From the NCBI GenBank assembly GCA_000182565.2, contig KQ257457.1: a DNA stretch of 64,000 nucleotides; one strand, 5' to 3'. Shown piece after piece: positions 1 to 14,378 of this stretch. Position numbers and translations under genes: made by a program. The notes under the pieces were generated by a model that worked only from the letters and a program-made list of their open reading frames with translations, had not been told where the DNA came from and did not search any database. How positions within the stretch are numbered: position 1 is the stretch's first letter; each line of letters begins with the position of its first letter. The DNA comes from Spizellomyces punctatus DAOM BR117 (taxonomy: Eukaryota).

Positions 1-3000
1 CATAAATGAAGTAGTATGCCTATAAAAACGTGTTTGAGATCCAGGATATACCGACATGGAGCCGTCTGATATATACCTGGACAATTGGTAAAAGTCGTCT
101 CACGTTTGACTGTCCATTAGCTTCCTTCTCTTGTTCACTTTTCCATTCTTGTTCATCCTCATCGATTCTAGCCTTCATTTCCTCAAACTCTATCCCCTTG
201 TCCCGAGAATATCCCTCAGGCACAGCCACCACAAAATCCTTGAGCCGCATCTCCGAGCCTTCAAAATACCTGGAAAGATCTTCACTAACCAAAAGGCCAA
301 GAGGTACGTATTTTGTTTGAATGCCACATGGCTGTTCGTTTTCTGAAGATGGGTCTGTTTTGGGTGGTAGGAAGATTCTGGCATCTTTGACACCAATGAT
401 AAAGTACCCGCCATCTGTCAAGCGTGCAGCTGCATCGCGGGCGCAGTCTATCACGAATTTGCGGTACTCATTGATCCAAGCATGCGGTAGGATAGCGGTG
501 GATGGTGCGTTGATATGGGGAACAAAGATAATTACCGGAGAGGAAGGCGGATGCATTGTTGGGCACCCTTCATGTTGAATCGTCTGAACAGGAGGCATTG
601 CAAGTAGGGTTTCAAGATGTTTCGCATCATCTTCCCCTTCTGGGCTCAGTTCAGAGATGAGACCCTGCATTCATCATGTAAGTGACGGCCCTTGCGCTCG
701 TTGAAATGTGTAAAGTCGCACCATAGATAACAATTCCCTAGTATTCTTACTGAGCTGCTCTCTTCGCCTTCGTTCGTATTCGGTCACTTCTGTGCCTGCT
801 CAGTTGTCCAGTCAATCCATGTGCCTCTGAAAATACATTTGCTCTCGTTGGACACCTACCGTTTTCCTCTTCTTCATCCTCCTCCTCCGGCGGATCTCGT
901 TCAGCACACAGATCATCATATACTGCGGCCCTAATTACCTGCAAAACCGTTACAGCAAACTTGCGGCAAGAGAGACTCCATCCTGCTACAATACCTTGTT
1001 GCGAAACTCGCTAATGGATACTTCCTCCCAGTACGCACTATCCGTTCCGAATCGCTCAATCTGCACGAAAGATGACGGGGATTAAAACCCACTACAGGAG
1101 TTAATATCGGTGCAGCAAATGGTCAATTACCAATTTTGACATTGCGAGTCTAGCCAAGGAATGTTTTTGCGTCACTCGGAATGTCCACACAGTTCCCATA
1201 ACGATGCTTGTCCTGTCGATTGGAGCAGCCGGAATCACACGAAGGATTCTGGTTGGGTTGACATGGAAATCTGAACACCGTTGAGTTTCAAGTGCATAAT
1301 ACGAAACAACAGACTTTGAGGATACACAGTACCATGATCATCATCCACCTTCAAGTACGAAAACAAGCCACTATGTTGACGATCGTCCACTTTTCGCAAA
1401 ATCGCAATAAACTCATGAGTGAACATCAAAAAGTTGTACTGTGTGCACAAGTATGTGCCCAGCGGGGCCATTTGACAGTATCGCTGGCGTTTCACAATCT
1501 ACAAAATGTTGAACGGCATTGGTCTTGTGTATGTCTTTAAAAGCGACAATATTGCAAACCTACCAGTTCTTCCAATTCAAACCCATCGTTAATGTAAGTA
1601 CGGATCGTTTGGAACGACACAGGCTGATAAAAGCACTCGCGTCTGTTGTCACCAATACCGAGCGTGCAGCGCCTTGAGGAGACATCACCGTTTGTTAAGC
1701 CCAGTTGTAGGTTGCAACGAGCCAACAGCGATGCTTTATTACCGGTTTGGTTTAAGAAGCCTGAGATGTTATATTAGTTTGACCATGCTCTATCAAATGT
1801 GAGGATGCTGGCTGCAGCGTAAGATATACCTCCACGTCTCTGCCACAATCTTTTCCATCTCCTTCTGAAAATCCTCCATGTCCGGGAAATGAGACAAATC
1901 TCCTTCTATATGTGCACTATGAATATGATGTGCAATATTAGGTGCCAGTGGTGTGTATTGAATCGCATAGTGCCTACCTGTAAGAAACGCTGTAATGGGT
2001 AGGCGCCGAATACGTACTTCAGTACCATGCCTCACGAACAAATGGAATCAACATACCAGTCCTTGTATGGCGGGTGAGATCTGAGACATCAAACATCATA
2101 CTGCCTTGTAAGCATAGAATTGAAGATTTCAAAATCTGAAAGACTTCAAACGCACAGTATGTGGTCGTAGCTCTCATCCTCGAATAATGATCCAATTAAT
2201 TCTCTGGAATCGGCAAGTACAATGACCGGACGATATGCCGCCGTCAAACCAAGCTCTGGGGGCACTGAGAATGATACGTTACGCTGAGATAAAGCTACCG
2301 ACGCCTAAACAGGGTAAGGCAATGACAATAGTATCATAAGATTTCCATCAATGAGATCTGTCTACATTCAAAGGTGGAGTTTACCGGGTTGATGTCCACA
2401 GAGCAACATCTATCGTAACAGGATGGAATGAGTTCATTGATTTATGAGAGCTCTTGTCTCTTTGTCGTAACCATACCGTCGTTTTAACAGGAAGCATTCG
2501 ATGGCATCTGTCCCGCGACCAGAAAAGTTGGATAGGACTCGCTCTCCTTCAGACGTATACCGTAGAAGTGACCTATGACACGTTGGTTCTCATTTGGCGG
2601 TTTTGAGGACACACTAGTATACTTACATGCGCACAATTTGCGGGAGCCAGGTACCTATCAGAGTTCAGCAAAATATTTGATGTGAAGGGTAAGTGCCATG
2701 GTCATTTAACACCAAGACGCGGACGACAACCAACCGTGATAATCTCCTCCCGAGTGAGTCGCCCCTGCAGCAAGAAGAAAATCCTTGTCACGATGGTCCA
2801 CCATAAAAAGGAAAATGTCAAATACCAACATCGCGGCGCCCGTCCCGGAATATCATAAAAACTAGTGTCAAATCCCATCGTAAAGAGCTGATCGTCCGTC
2901 GGGGCATAGGATTGCAATATTCCGAATTCGGACGACTTGTTCACTTCGGCAGCTCCAATCTCGTCCGCTCCACTAGCTTTTCCTACCACCCCCCTCGTGA

Positions 3001-6000
3001 GATAGTATTCGTGGCTATATGCTTCGATTTCCGTTCTATACACTCGCTCCATAGATGTCGGGTCCAAAACCGGTGCTGGAGAATCGGCTTCTATTCTTAC
3101 TGGCACAGGTGTTGGGGCGTTAACCGGTGATTGTGATAGGCTCTCAGAAGGCGAAGGGGATGGAATTGCCTCGGGAGTAGCGCACAGCTCTGGGGCTTTG
3201 GAGCTGGCGAAGGCTGATGAAGCCATTTGGAAGCAGTCTTCGCACATTGGGATGCCGTTGTAACCTTTTAATTCCCCCTACCGTTAGTAAGCTGCATTCT
3301 TAATCGCGAAGTTGGAGCCCACCTTTTCTCCACCGAGAAGATGAATCTATCCAACAATATGCGCAACGTATACCAGATGCCCGCTCGAGTTTCTTTTTTC
3401 GTCGTTGTCCGAGGGACTTTCGGGAGGCTGTGACAGTTCAGTAGGTGAAATATTCGACACCATTCACAGCACGAGGCTTTGTACCATTTGCAGCAACCAG
3501 TTCTCTAGCCAATTGTTGCTCCATCTCTCTGATTTCTTTTCGTTGGCTCATACCTAACCATGTGAGACGAGATTAATCCCCCGTAACGCTCACAAAAACT
3601 TGGAGGAACTCACAGGTAGTTATGAAGCGGTCTTTGCCGTGATCATGTGTCTCGGGAAACCGACCTTCAAAGCATTCTTTGCACAAGTCGAATGTATTGA
3701 AATGATTTTGTGCACATTCATCGCAGGTATGCCATTGCTCGTCATTGTCCGATAGCCCAAGGGAGTTTGAGCACACGTCACAATTGTACACATCCTTGTA
3801 ATTGTCTGGAGAAATCCATCAGCGACAAGTACGGTTGCATTTGCCGGAAAGGTAGCCATACCTGCTTTGTTCACAAGAGATTCGTGGCGCGGACACCAAA
3901 AGATCACACCTTCTTCGAATTGCGAGAGCGGCTTTCTGGTACATCCGACATGGTAACTGCGTGTACAGCGAACATCAAAGCATCCTATCTATGGATACCA
4001 AAAAGCAGCTTGTTATTATAATGTTTCCGCAATGCAGTATCTGTATACTCGCCGTTGCTCCACGTTCTTTGCATGCCGCGCATTTCTAGTGTACACAACA
4101 AACCACGGTCGTAAATAAATGTAGGAATCTTGGAAATGGCCCACATACATACCACTCCACGACCTCTCGCGAGGGCTTTAAGCACGTTATGCCATTTTCC
4201 CGAGTCCTTCATAAAGTACACCTCAGGAGAAAACCGCGCACAAGCATCGTGGGCCCAGAAAATCGGCACCCTCCTGTTCTTACCACTGTTTTTCTTTTCG
4301 GAAGACGGAAGCGGCATGCGCCGGCCAGATATACGTGTGTTTCGGAACGGATGGGGACCAATGAACGGCCCTACGATATCAGTTCTTTCTGAATGACAGA
4401 ATGCGCAGCGTGGGACCATGGGAATGGCCGTGACAACGGTCTCAGCATCGATTTGCGACTGATTCGTGCCCATCGCGATATACGATGTGTCGAACTCGTC
4501 AAGAACAAAGGTGGAAACCAGCTCGCCATCTTTGAACTTTCTTCTCGTTGGATCGTCGGTATCTAAAAGCGGTTCGACCTGTTCATGTCGCAAAATCTTA
4601 GCATCCATGTTTGGCGCTTAAAGATGACATGATATAGTACCGCAAAGGATTGTATGGGATGCGGATGATCCAAAGGAAAATCTTGTTGAAAACATGCTAG
4701 GCATAGATCGAACGATTCGTACTCGAATCCTTCCGACGGAACCTCGCAATATGTGCAAAAGTACCTATGATCAATCCCAAGAGTGTTCAGTTATAGTCAA
4801 CATCCATATAGCAGTTGCTTCCTACCTATATTGCCTGATCCGTTTCTCGCATCGGTTACAAAAAATCTTCCACTTTTGTTCATCTTGAAGCGAGACTACA
4901 TCAGAAATGACGATGAAGCGTTGGAACGACATTCATGCTTCACCGTCTTCCTCGGAGCTACATTCGCCAGCTGATGAGTTTCCATCTTCAGAAGAATTGT
5001 TTTCCCCGCTTGCCGCCTCCACTAGTTTCATCTTGCTCGAATTCATATCAATCCATTCATTCCATGCCTCATCCCAGCCTCGATCCACGCATGAGTCAAC
5101 CACTTTGAATTCCGGCAGATCCTGCAGCACTCACCATCATACTGGACAAGTACTTGCCATGATCTGGTTTTGATCACCGTTGCCATATACCGCTCCCCGC
5201 CAGCACAGCATACTTCAACACGGGCTCCCTTTCCATATAATCGTTTCATGTCATCCGCTGTTGCATCATTAGCAAGTGCCCTTCGACTGATGTAGGCCTC
5301 TCTGGCTTCTCGATTGGCTGCCGCGCGGAATATGCCAAAATTGTCCACCGGTGATGTACTGGACGATCTGGGTTGTTGGGCATTGAAGCCTTGTGGACGG
5401 GCGGGGGTCGCACTCTCCGTACTTTTCGAGGTGATGGGATTTACGACTGTGACATTGGTGCGACTGTTGGCCTTTTTCCGCTTTGCGTTTTTTTGGTTCG
5501 TGTAAGCTTGATATGTAGGCAAGTTAAGTTCATATTGCTGATATGATCCTAGTAAGCGCACCGACCTGCACTTTTTTTGCGCTTTTCTCTGACAGAGCGA
5601 CCGACTAAAATGACCGCATCGGGACCGATGCCCGCCTCTCCAGTCTGTCCATGTTCATTTTCCTGACTGATCCGTTCACTGCATTGATCTGCTGGCATTT
5701 GAGTGGCTAGTCGTATCCGTTGGCTCTCACAATCAATCCATTCATCGTACTGATCTCCCCATCCATCATAATGAACACATACTTTTCCGGACTGAACTGT
5801 TACAACGCGGCCAGGCCACCAGGTTTTAGCACCATCGCGTACTTCGACAATGGCATCGATGTGAAATGCTGGGCAATTAGCGGGTAAGGCCAATTTGCGA
5901 GAGTTTATGATTGGCGGAAGGATGACGGGTTCCAGAAAATCATCGTCGCGTTCATTTGCGCTGCTGCTTTTGCGACCCTTGATACTCTTTCGCGAAACCT

Positions 6001-6241
6001 TCTTCTTCTTTTTAACCAGGTCTTGACTGAAAAAAGATGGTAAACAGGATGCAAAGAATTGGCAGCAACTGGTGCAAGGAATTTGAGTATCAAATGGGTC
6101 TCGGTCCTCTTGCACCACGCAACAACAACCCGCCGTCCTTTTCTGACCCATTCCCCGCAACATCCGTCGACTGTGATTGTTGGGGTTTTCCTTTGAACGC
6201 GGCAGGGTTTGGAAAACTGACATCCGTGCAGACCTATCCAT
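1..6241 (-). CDS. Multi-exon chromatin-reader / DNA N6-adenine (N4C/N6A family) methyltransferase: 2x Tudor/chromo-barrel, ZZ, extended PHD, ZZ, GATA-type finger, active-looking MTase, second degenerate MTase-like domain. 3' end runs off the window; start uncertain.
   Basis: Spliced by eye. Tudor-like VHYDGWGDQYDEWID (~5730-5790) and VQYDG..WDEAWNEWID. ZZ FCNRCE..YFCTYC..FDLCLAC..HPH. ePHD CAFCH..WAHDACARFSPEV..KCAAC..CFDVRC..YHVGC..WCPRH. ZZ CDVC..CDEC..DLCKEC. GATA-like CAYC..WRKG..MCEDC. MTase motif I VLSNFSGRGTDAIE (~2500-2545) and motif IV-like SHPPY (2057-2080). Confidence 0.85.
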
Positions 6242-7857
6242 CAGCCATGCCCGGTTATTCCCAGTTTGTCAAACGAGCACCTGTCAAACTTGCCTTGTCG
6301 AGGGCGCGTCGTTCCCCAAAATTGAACAGATCCTTGCACTGCAAGTGTTGCTGTTGGCGGGCATGCACAGCACATTGCAGAGTCCAGTTACGCCGGTTAC
6401 TGGTAGTTTGACCTGTGCAGGTGCCCTTTGAGTTTCGTCATGCGGACGGCCAGCTGTGCCAGTGATCCTACATGAAGGGTACGAAAACGGAGGCCTGCAT
6501 GCCTACAAACGCTGAGGGCCAGCGGGTAACAGAAGCGTTCGAACGCCTGCAAAGGTGACTGCCCATTCCGACGGCAAACATATCTTCTGGCCATTTCACA
6601 TATAGATGGGCGGCTTTTGGTAGGCATGGATGAGGCCGAGCTTTCTATACAACCTCTAGAGAAGGCTTGTTCTGAAATCGAGCCTATCCAATACATCTGC
6701 AAATTACTACAGTAGAACCTTGGACGACACAAATACAAAATGAGCGGTTGCATGCATATATAGGACGCCAGGAACGACAACACCGAGTCGAGTCGGAACA
6801 GGTCTGTCTTAGAGAAGAAACTCTTCTTTGGTGTGTTTCTTTAAACCAACAACGAGAAGGAAATCTATCTCGAAATTGTCAACTACAACCTGCCAACCAT
6901 AGCATGGTGAAAACTGTGGCTGCTTGTTTTACTAGAGTTGCATTATCCCGCCAGCATATACCCGACTGTTTTCAATCAACACTGCTTGTCATTATCAAAT
7001 GTCCTGCGATCAAAGATTTCAAGTACATGTAGGAGTTGCTGTCGACACGGCATCTCCCGTGATCAAGCCGTGAGTGCGAATGACAGATTGCCCCCTGTCT
7101 CACTTTTCAACATATGATACGACATTCGTCTCTATCCTCTTATGTATTTCGAGTGCTGGGCGTAAGCTGCCTCCCATATGTCAACTGCGCACCTGCAAAA
7201 GGATACCAGCAGAGTCCTTAAGAACAGCTAATCCCACAACAAGCACACATGTGGTAGATTATAGTCAGCATGTACTTTTGTCTGTGCAGATAGGGCTTGG
7301 CCAATTGACTCAGCAATCTTTCTTTTCTTGTTGTTCGACAAGCCCTTGAGCACTTGGCAAGAACGTAGACGAGTTCTAGTCTATCGACAGACCCACCAAA
7401 GAAATACGAACGATCTGAAACGACGTGATGTTTCCCTCTTTCTTGCCAGTGATATTAGTATTAGCGACCCGTCTAGACTCAAAATATCCGTTATGAAAAT
7501 ACATAAACAGCAACTCTACAGAAATATTGAAAATTAATAACATGCGGTGGGGACTTGCCGCAACTCTTTTATTGGACGATTAAGGCTTGTTTTTGGCGCG
7601 TATGAAATTAACTTTGCCGTGACTACTAAAGATGGGGGCAAGTTTATTATTACTATTAGTCCCCCTCCACAATTTAAACTTTTTCAGGCAGATAGGCTTT
7701 TTGGCTTTTTTGCTTTTGCAGTTTCAGCCAAGGAATAGGGATATAAAGCAAGTGACATTCCCCCCACATCGTCCTGCTCAAAGCTTTTCTTTTGGGAAAC
7801 TTTAAAAGTTACCGCAAGCAAGCACTGAATTTACCACCAGCAAATCTGTGCAAAAAA

Positions 7858-9192
7858 ATGTTGAGCAGAACATTGGTCCTTGTCGTTTCACCACTGCTTT
7901 TGTTGCTGTCTGCCAATGCACATCCAACCGTGCGTCGGACGGAAAACAACAAAGGTTTCAATTGTCTTGCTACGAGTCGCCAAAACAGCCAAGCGAAAAG
8001 TACTGGCAGTACCGTAACGTTTGGTGAGGGTTCCAGCGGTCTCGGCCGCCGAGAAGGCAAGATTGAATTTGGATATGGAGCCTTTGACGGACCATCGACA
8101 TGGCCTGGAGAGTGCCAAACAGGCAAAAACCAGGTATGGCTTTGGTGTTGCTTTGGTTTTTTTTTTTAAAAAAAAAAAGCGCTAACCGCCTAGATGTGGC
8201 TTATTTAGTCCCCCATTGATCTGTTGGCTGCGGCTCCCAACCTCCTTCAACCCCCACGACTTGATGTCCGATTCCAAGACGTTTGCACACCTGTAAAGTT
8301 TTTCAATAATGGTAATACCGTTGAAGTTGAGATGCCCGAGGGCCAAAAGGAGATGGGATTCGTAGCTGGAAACGGAGAGTTTTTCGAGTTGAAACAGGTG
8401 AGCGTCGCCAACAGTTCCGCTTATTGAGCTCTCATTTGTTTTGCTAAACGATTTCCATGCGCAGTTCCACTTTCATACTCCTAGCGAGCACCGGCTCCAG
8501 GAGAAACGTAAGTCTTACATGACGTTCATATTTCTTTCCAACCGTGATCCAATCCTCCATATGGCCTACTTTTAGACTTGCCAATTGAGATGCACATGGT
8601 TCACCAAAACAAAGCCGGTCGAATCTCTGTTCTCGCCGTCTTCTTCGATTTTGCTGGTCAGAACGGGGAAGGAGCCAACAGTTTCCTGTCTCAGCTTGTT
8701 CCTCACGTATGTAGCACTGAGACTTTGTGCAAATAATCAACTCTAACATTCTTGCCTCGCTCACAGCTGCCGAAAATCAAAGCGCGCGATCAGGAAACAA
8801 CCATACCCGGCATCTCCTTCGCCCCAATCCTCTCACTAATCAAGCAATCTTCCGATTTTGTCTACAACGGCTCCCTCACAACCCCACCGTGCAGCGAAAA
8901 CGTACTATGGAATGTTGTCCAACAGCCCGTAAAACTCACCCTAGAAGAGTACATGCCCTTGGTGGATATCGTTGGCTTCAATTCTCGTCCGTTAATGCGC
9001 AATGACAATGTTGCTCCACCGCCCGCCGGCACGCAAGTAGCGATCCCGAATAAGGTTGAAATTTCGACTCCGATATCGGCTACCGAACAACCAGAATCAA
9101 CGTCCGCCGTTGTCCCGAGTCAAGCCACACAGACTCAAGTGCCTGCTCCAGCAGTTCTGGCAGGCGGAATAGAGGTAGTTCCCCTTCGTTGA
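7858..9192 (+). CDS. Secreted alpha-class carbonic anhydrase (multi-exon)
   Basis: Signal peptide MLSRTLVLVVSPLLLLLSANA. Motifs GKNQ|SPIDL, NNGNTV, Q|FHFHTPSEH, EMHMVH, YNGSLTTPPCSENVLW, NSRP. Pro/Thr-rich tail. Confidence 0.93.
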
Positions 9193-10636
9193 GCGGATGT
9201 CGGTGGCAATCCTTTGCGTACGCATTTTTCATTTTGCATGTAAAGACACATTTTTCGAGACCAGTATATACTTGTAGCAAACAAGAGCTTGTATAGAAAT
9301 TATAATCAGAGTTGGGGGAGAGCAAGGTCTCCCTTTTTATAAAATCAAAAATGCCCCAGACCCTACCATGAAATGACCGGAGCTGAAAATGATTGAGCCC
9401 CGGACAAGAGAAATTTAAGGTTAAGCTTGGCATTTCATTTTTACATTAGCACAGTCCCAACTTTTTGATTTAAAGTTAAAGTTAGGAACAGTTTCAATCT
9501 ACGCGCCACACCCTCAAAATTGGGAACTTTATAGTGTGAAATTGTGAACAAGTATAGGAGCAGAGGTATTCCACCGCCTACGGCCATTTTAACACACAAG
9601 AAACTGGCTTCAATTTAGCCAGGCCCCATAGCTGTGACTCCCCCGCAGCCGTTCACACTGGAATCTTTAGCATGCTGGAAGCTGGTTGAACATCAGTATC
9701 GGTCAGGAAGGAGGAGATTCACAGTAATATATTGGAGATCGATGACCAACAAAAAGACCACTCGATCCAGTCCCAACCTTGAGATGCATATGGCTTGGCA
9801 TTTCTACTCAACGGACCAGACCAACAGGAGAGAACAACGCTGACCGAAAACTGTGCTACGCCCTTCCCACAGAAATGTTCAGTGCTCAACCTTCCACCAT
9901 TAAATTGCCAAGAAAAGCAATATATTGAAATCTATTAAACTCCATTGATCTGCTCCCACAACTTTCGCCCGTAATATCCACTGCCAACAACACCAAGTAT
10001 CGCCAAGACAGAAGGCACAGGTTTGCGAGTTTTGAGAGCGCGACGACCCATTGCTGCCAGCAAAAGTGCGGATGTGCCTAAAAGGTGTGTACATCAGACT
10101 GAAAGGACCTAACAAAAAGGAAAGGAAGAGTGTCCGCAATGTGCATGACGAACCTGTAGCGAGTTCAATACCGTAGTTTTGGTTGTTTTGAATCAAGTAG
10201 CTTTCAAATCACTCGTCAATACTAATGACCCCAAAATGTATTTTCACAAGACGGACCAACACACTTACCCAGATAGAGTATACAGTGCCCCAAAGGCCAG
10301 GCCTGCAATCAGAGAAGGCCTTGAGCGGGTGCGCTGATATCCAATGTAACCTCCCAAGGCGCCTTAAAGTAAAAACAGCTGCATCGTAAGCAATCATGTA
10401 CTTGGTTTTCAATATAAACACTGCCGGACTGGCAGGCAAGCCTACGTACACACGCCGCCAAGAGTGTAGGCAGGATGATGCGACATTCTTGTATGGAACG
10501 ATGAGATTCGCAACAAGATTGAAAACGATGATTCTTGACGGAACACTCGGGAATGACTCACATGCGCGATTATCGCCCATGTTCGCTGTGTTGAATTTCC
10601 CAGAGTGCTCAGGTTTTTGCTGCCCAGTTGGCTGCC

Positions 10637-13600
10637 ATGGGCGCTACGGGGAAGCGGGGCTTTGCGTCGTCCAGCGACATCACGATAGATACTTCGAAGC
10701 GTAGAAAAACGTCTGGTGGTGACGGTGTTGGTGAAGACGAGGCGGAAAAGTACGTTGGAAGGCAAATGCTGACGCTTATGCATTTTTCACCTAACCTTAA
10801 ATTCGTCTCAAAACGCTAAAGCAGTACTCCCCTTACCGAGTTGGTTCCCCTTTTTGATTACAGCGAGATCCATCAAGCTCTTCAAATAGTCGATACACCA
10901 GACCAACACACAGAAGAAGACCCTACGCCTTCCCAAGAGGTCATTGAACCAACTCAGCGGAATGATGTGGAATACACCAACTACCGAAGTACCATTGTCG
11001 GTATTCGGTATTACAAAGTATGGAATCTTGTCTGTCCCCGCGTCAAACAAAAAATCTAATCCTTATATAAAGGGGATGGTTGGGAAGGGGGAAAGCGTCA
11101 TTTTAGAACGGGAGCCGTTGAATCCATATGATAGGAATGCTATCAAAGTGCTCAATATGCGAAATGATCAGGTGGGACATATACCCAGGGAGCAGGCTGC
11201 GGTCTTGGCGCCTTTTATGGATGCCGGTACGATAAGAGTCGAGGGAACAGTTCCCTACGGAGGTGCGCATCATGTCTTCTTTCTCATTGGGCATCGATCT
11301 CATAAGGGTAGTTTAGGCGACAATGTGTATAGGATATCACTCGATTTGGAGGTGTACGGACCGCGCGAATCTTACGATCAGGTTATGGCGGCGTTGAAAC
11401 CATTCATTGGAACATCTTCCAAGGGCCCGTCCTCTTCGTCTGCAAAAGGTCCCCCTCCACAACCGCTGCCCCAACCGCTGCAAGACTTGATGCAGGCCGG
11501 GACCAAAGCGGACGTCAATGAGTCCCGTAAAGTCTTGGTGAGTACTAATTCTCCTGGTTGTCTAAGCTCAGAAGATTGACAAACTTACAGGATTCGCTCT
11601 GCCAACAAGGCAAAGAGGTCTCCGATCTTCCCCTTCATCCGTCGCCCCCAGCTCTTTGTACGCGGCTGCATCCGCACCAGTTGCAGGCTCTGGCGTGGAT
11701 GGTACACTCCGAGCATCCTTCGCTTCCGACAGATGAAAGCGATCAGAGGCAGTTCTGGATGAAGAGAAGTGACGAGAAGGTTTGTAAGAAACCGCTCTGG
11801 TGACGGTGTTTTCGAGCATTAACAAAAGGGAACATTGCAGGGGGCATACTACCTTAACGTGGCCACCAATTCACCAGTGCGCAATCCGCCCGAACTCTGC
11901 CGCGGCGGAATGCTGGCAGATGACGTACGTTGTGTTCAAACCGGTAGATGATTGCCATGAATATTAATCTTGTCTTCCATTAGATGGGTCTAGGTAAAAC
12001 CCTTACCTCTATTGCATTGATTTTGAGTGATCCAACGGGCGCGCCTCTCATTGCTCCACCTGCGACAACCTCGACGAGGGCGAAATACGGCCATCAAACG
12101 CTCATTGTTGCGCCACTATCGGTTCTTTATAACTGGAGAGAGCAGATTGACGTGAGTTGATACTGTTGCACAACTGTACATGGACTGGAGCTCGTCTAAG
12201 AGCTGATCTTTCGTGCAGCGTCACGTACCCGATGGCAAACTCCGTTACTTGGTTTATTATGGCGCGGACCGACCGCAAACCGCAGCGACTTTAAAGAAAT
12301 ATGACGTGGTCATTACAACGTATCAAACCCTTGCCATGGAGTTCAACGAAGACTATTCAGAGACTACCAAGGGAAAGACTAAACCTAAGAAAGGGCCGTC
12401 CGAAAACGGCCTGTTGTATAGCATAAAATGGCGCCGAGTTATTTTGGATGAGGTTTGTTGTCTATTGCCAGTTTTCTTATCCAATGTATGTGCTCATATT
12501 ACACTAGGGCCACATCATCCGGAACCGCCGAGCCAAAATATCCAATGCATGCTACGCCCTCACCTCTGAACGACGCTGGGTTCTGACGGGAACACCCATC
12601 ATAAACACCCTCGACGACATGTTTTCTCTCATCAAATTCTTACACTTTACGCCATTCAACGATCATCAATGGTGGAACCGATGCTTTACCCGTTCGTTAC
12701 GATTGGGCGATCGGGATGGGCTGACTCGATTGAGAGTTTTGATGCAGAATTTGTGTTTGAGGAGGACAAAGAGAATGAAGATAAATGGAAGGCCTATTGT
12801 GGAGCTCCCAGAGTGTAAGGTGTTTATGTTCCGTTGTGAGTTTGGGGAGGAAGAGCGAGAGGTGTATAAAGTTGTTGAGACGGAGAGTCAGAGGCGCGTT
12901 GAAGAATATGTCAAGGAGGGAACGATGGTAAGTATGTTTGAGTTGTTTGGTGTATGAAGCGTGAAGCTGCAAAGAACCTAATGATGGACACCAGTCGGCC
13001 AATTACGCAAATGTCCTAGTTTTTCTCACACGCCTCCGTCAAATTTGCGTCAACAAGGACCTGTGTCCGAAGCACTTTATAGAGGAGTTGATGTCCAACT
13101 CGTTCGCCACTCCCACCCAACTCGATCTAACCGACGAAAACATCAAATACCTCATCAACAAACTCGTTGAAGCGGATCAAAACAATGAGGATTGCTGTGT
13201 TTGCTTGGACACACTAAAGGAACCCGTCGTGACGCCTTGCGCACATGTGTTTTGTAAGGCATGTATTTCAGAGGTGAAGAGCACGAATCCGGTTTGTCCC
13301 ATGTGTCGAGGCGATTTGGAGAATCGAGTGCTTTTACCATTACCACCCCCACCACCACCAGAATCATCTCATCCCGACCCAACACCGACTCCCATTGAAC
13401 CATCAACCCATCCAACTCGCAATTTACCCTTCAAATCCACTAAAATCCACCACCTCCTTCGTTTCCTAAAAGCTACACCACCCAACGAGAAATCACTCGT
13501 GTTTTCCCAATTTACTGGCATGCTTGACTGTGTTGAACCGTTTTTGACGCAAGCGGGGATCCGATATGTTAGGTTTGATGGAACCATGTCCATGAAGCGA

Positions 13601-14107
13601 CGCGAAGATGTTTTGAGGAGGTTTAGCGGCGTTGCCACCAAGCGTCCAACAGCGACACCAAGAAAAGGAAAAAAACGGATGGCGGATGAAGAGATTGTAG
13701 AGGACGCTCATGTCATGTTGATTTCCCTCAAATGTGGGGCATTGGGCTTGGTATGCTATAGCATCGTATTCCAGTTTCTGCTTACCAAAACTGATGAATA
13801 CATTCCAACGCAGAACCTCACACCCGCCAACCACGTATACCTCCTTGACCAACATTGGAACAGTAGTATCCAAACTCAAGCTATCGACCGTGTGTATCGC
13901 CTCGGACAAACCAAGCCAGTTTCTGTCGTCCACATTGTTGTGTCTGATACGATTGAGGAAAGGATTTTGAGTATTCAGGCTAGGAAAGAACGGTTGATTT
14001 CGGATGCGTTTGCGGGTATTAGACAGGCGGGTAAAGGTGTTGTGGATGAGCGGAGGGAGAGGAGGGCGAGGGTTGAGGAGGATCTTAGGGAGATTTTTGG
14101 GATATAG
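10637..14107 (+). CDS. HIRAN + SNF2 helicase + RING protein (Rad5/HLTF-like)
   Basis: HIRAN (IVGIRYY..LEREPLNPYDRNAIKV..VGHIPR), GGMLADDMGLGKT, WRRVILDE|GH, LTGTPIIN, RING CCVC..CAHVFCKAC..CPMCR, C-terminal helicase KSLVFSQF..QAIDRVYRLGQ. Confidence 0.92.
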
Positions 14108-14235
14108 TTATGCATAGCATTTGAGCGAATGAAAAATGAACATTAGAAAGAGACTGGTGCTCAGTAATTACAGCGAGGCCTTCAAAAGCGAGCACAACAA
14201 TTTGGACATTTTTAACATGGAGAGGAACCACCTTG

Positions 14236-14284
14236 TCGAGACTGGAATTTGAGACCAGCTCCTTAACTGCTCCGGTAAAGGTGC
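14236..14284 (-). pseudogene. Degenerate 5'-half copy of the adjacent tRNA-Leu
   Basis: tcgagactggaatttgagaccagctccttaactgctccggtaaaggtgc aligns with 14411-14460 with several substitutions. It lacks the T arm and the 3' acceptor strand. Confidence 0.75.
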
Positions 14285-14378
14285 CATGCAATATACATGA
14301 AGAAGATCATGTTCTACTGATCAAAAGCCAACCCTGTCCAGCAAAAGGATGGAAAAAGAGACGCTTTAACTACACAAA

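Noticed and set aside
9300..10600. Short ORFs between the carbonic anhydrase and the helicase (also 24000-25900, 47100-47800, 54800-56200)
   Set aside because: No recognisable motifs, splice pattern or coding bias; treated as intergenic or UTR.
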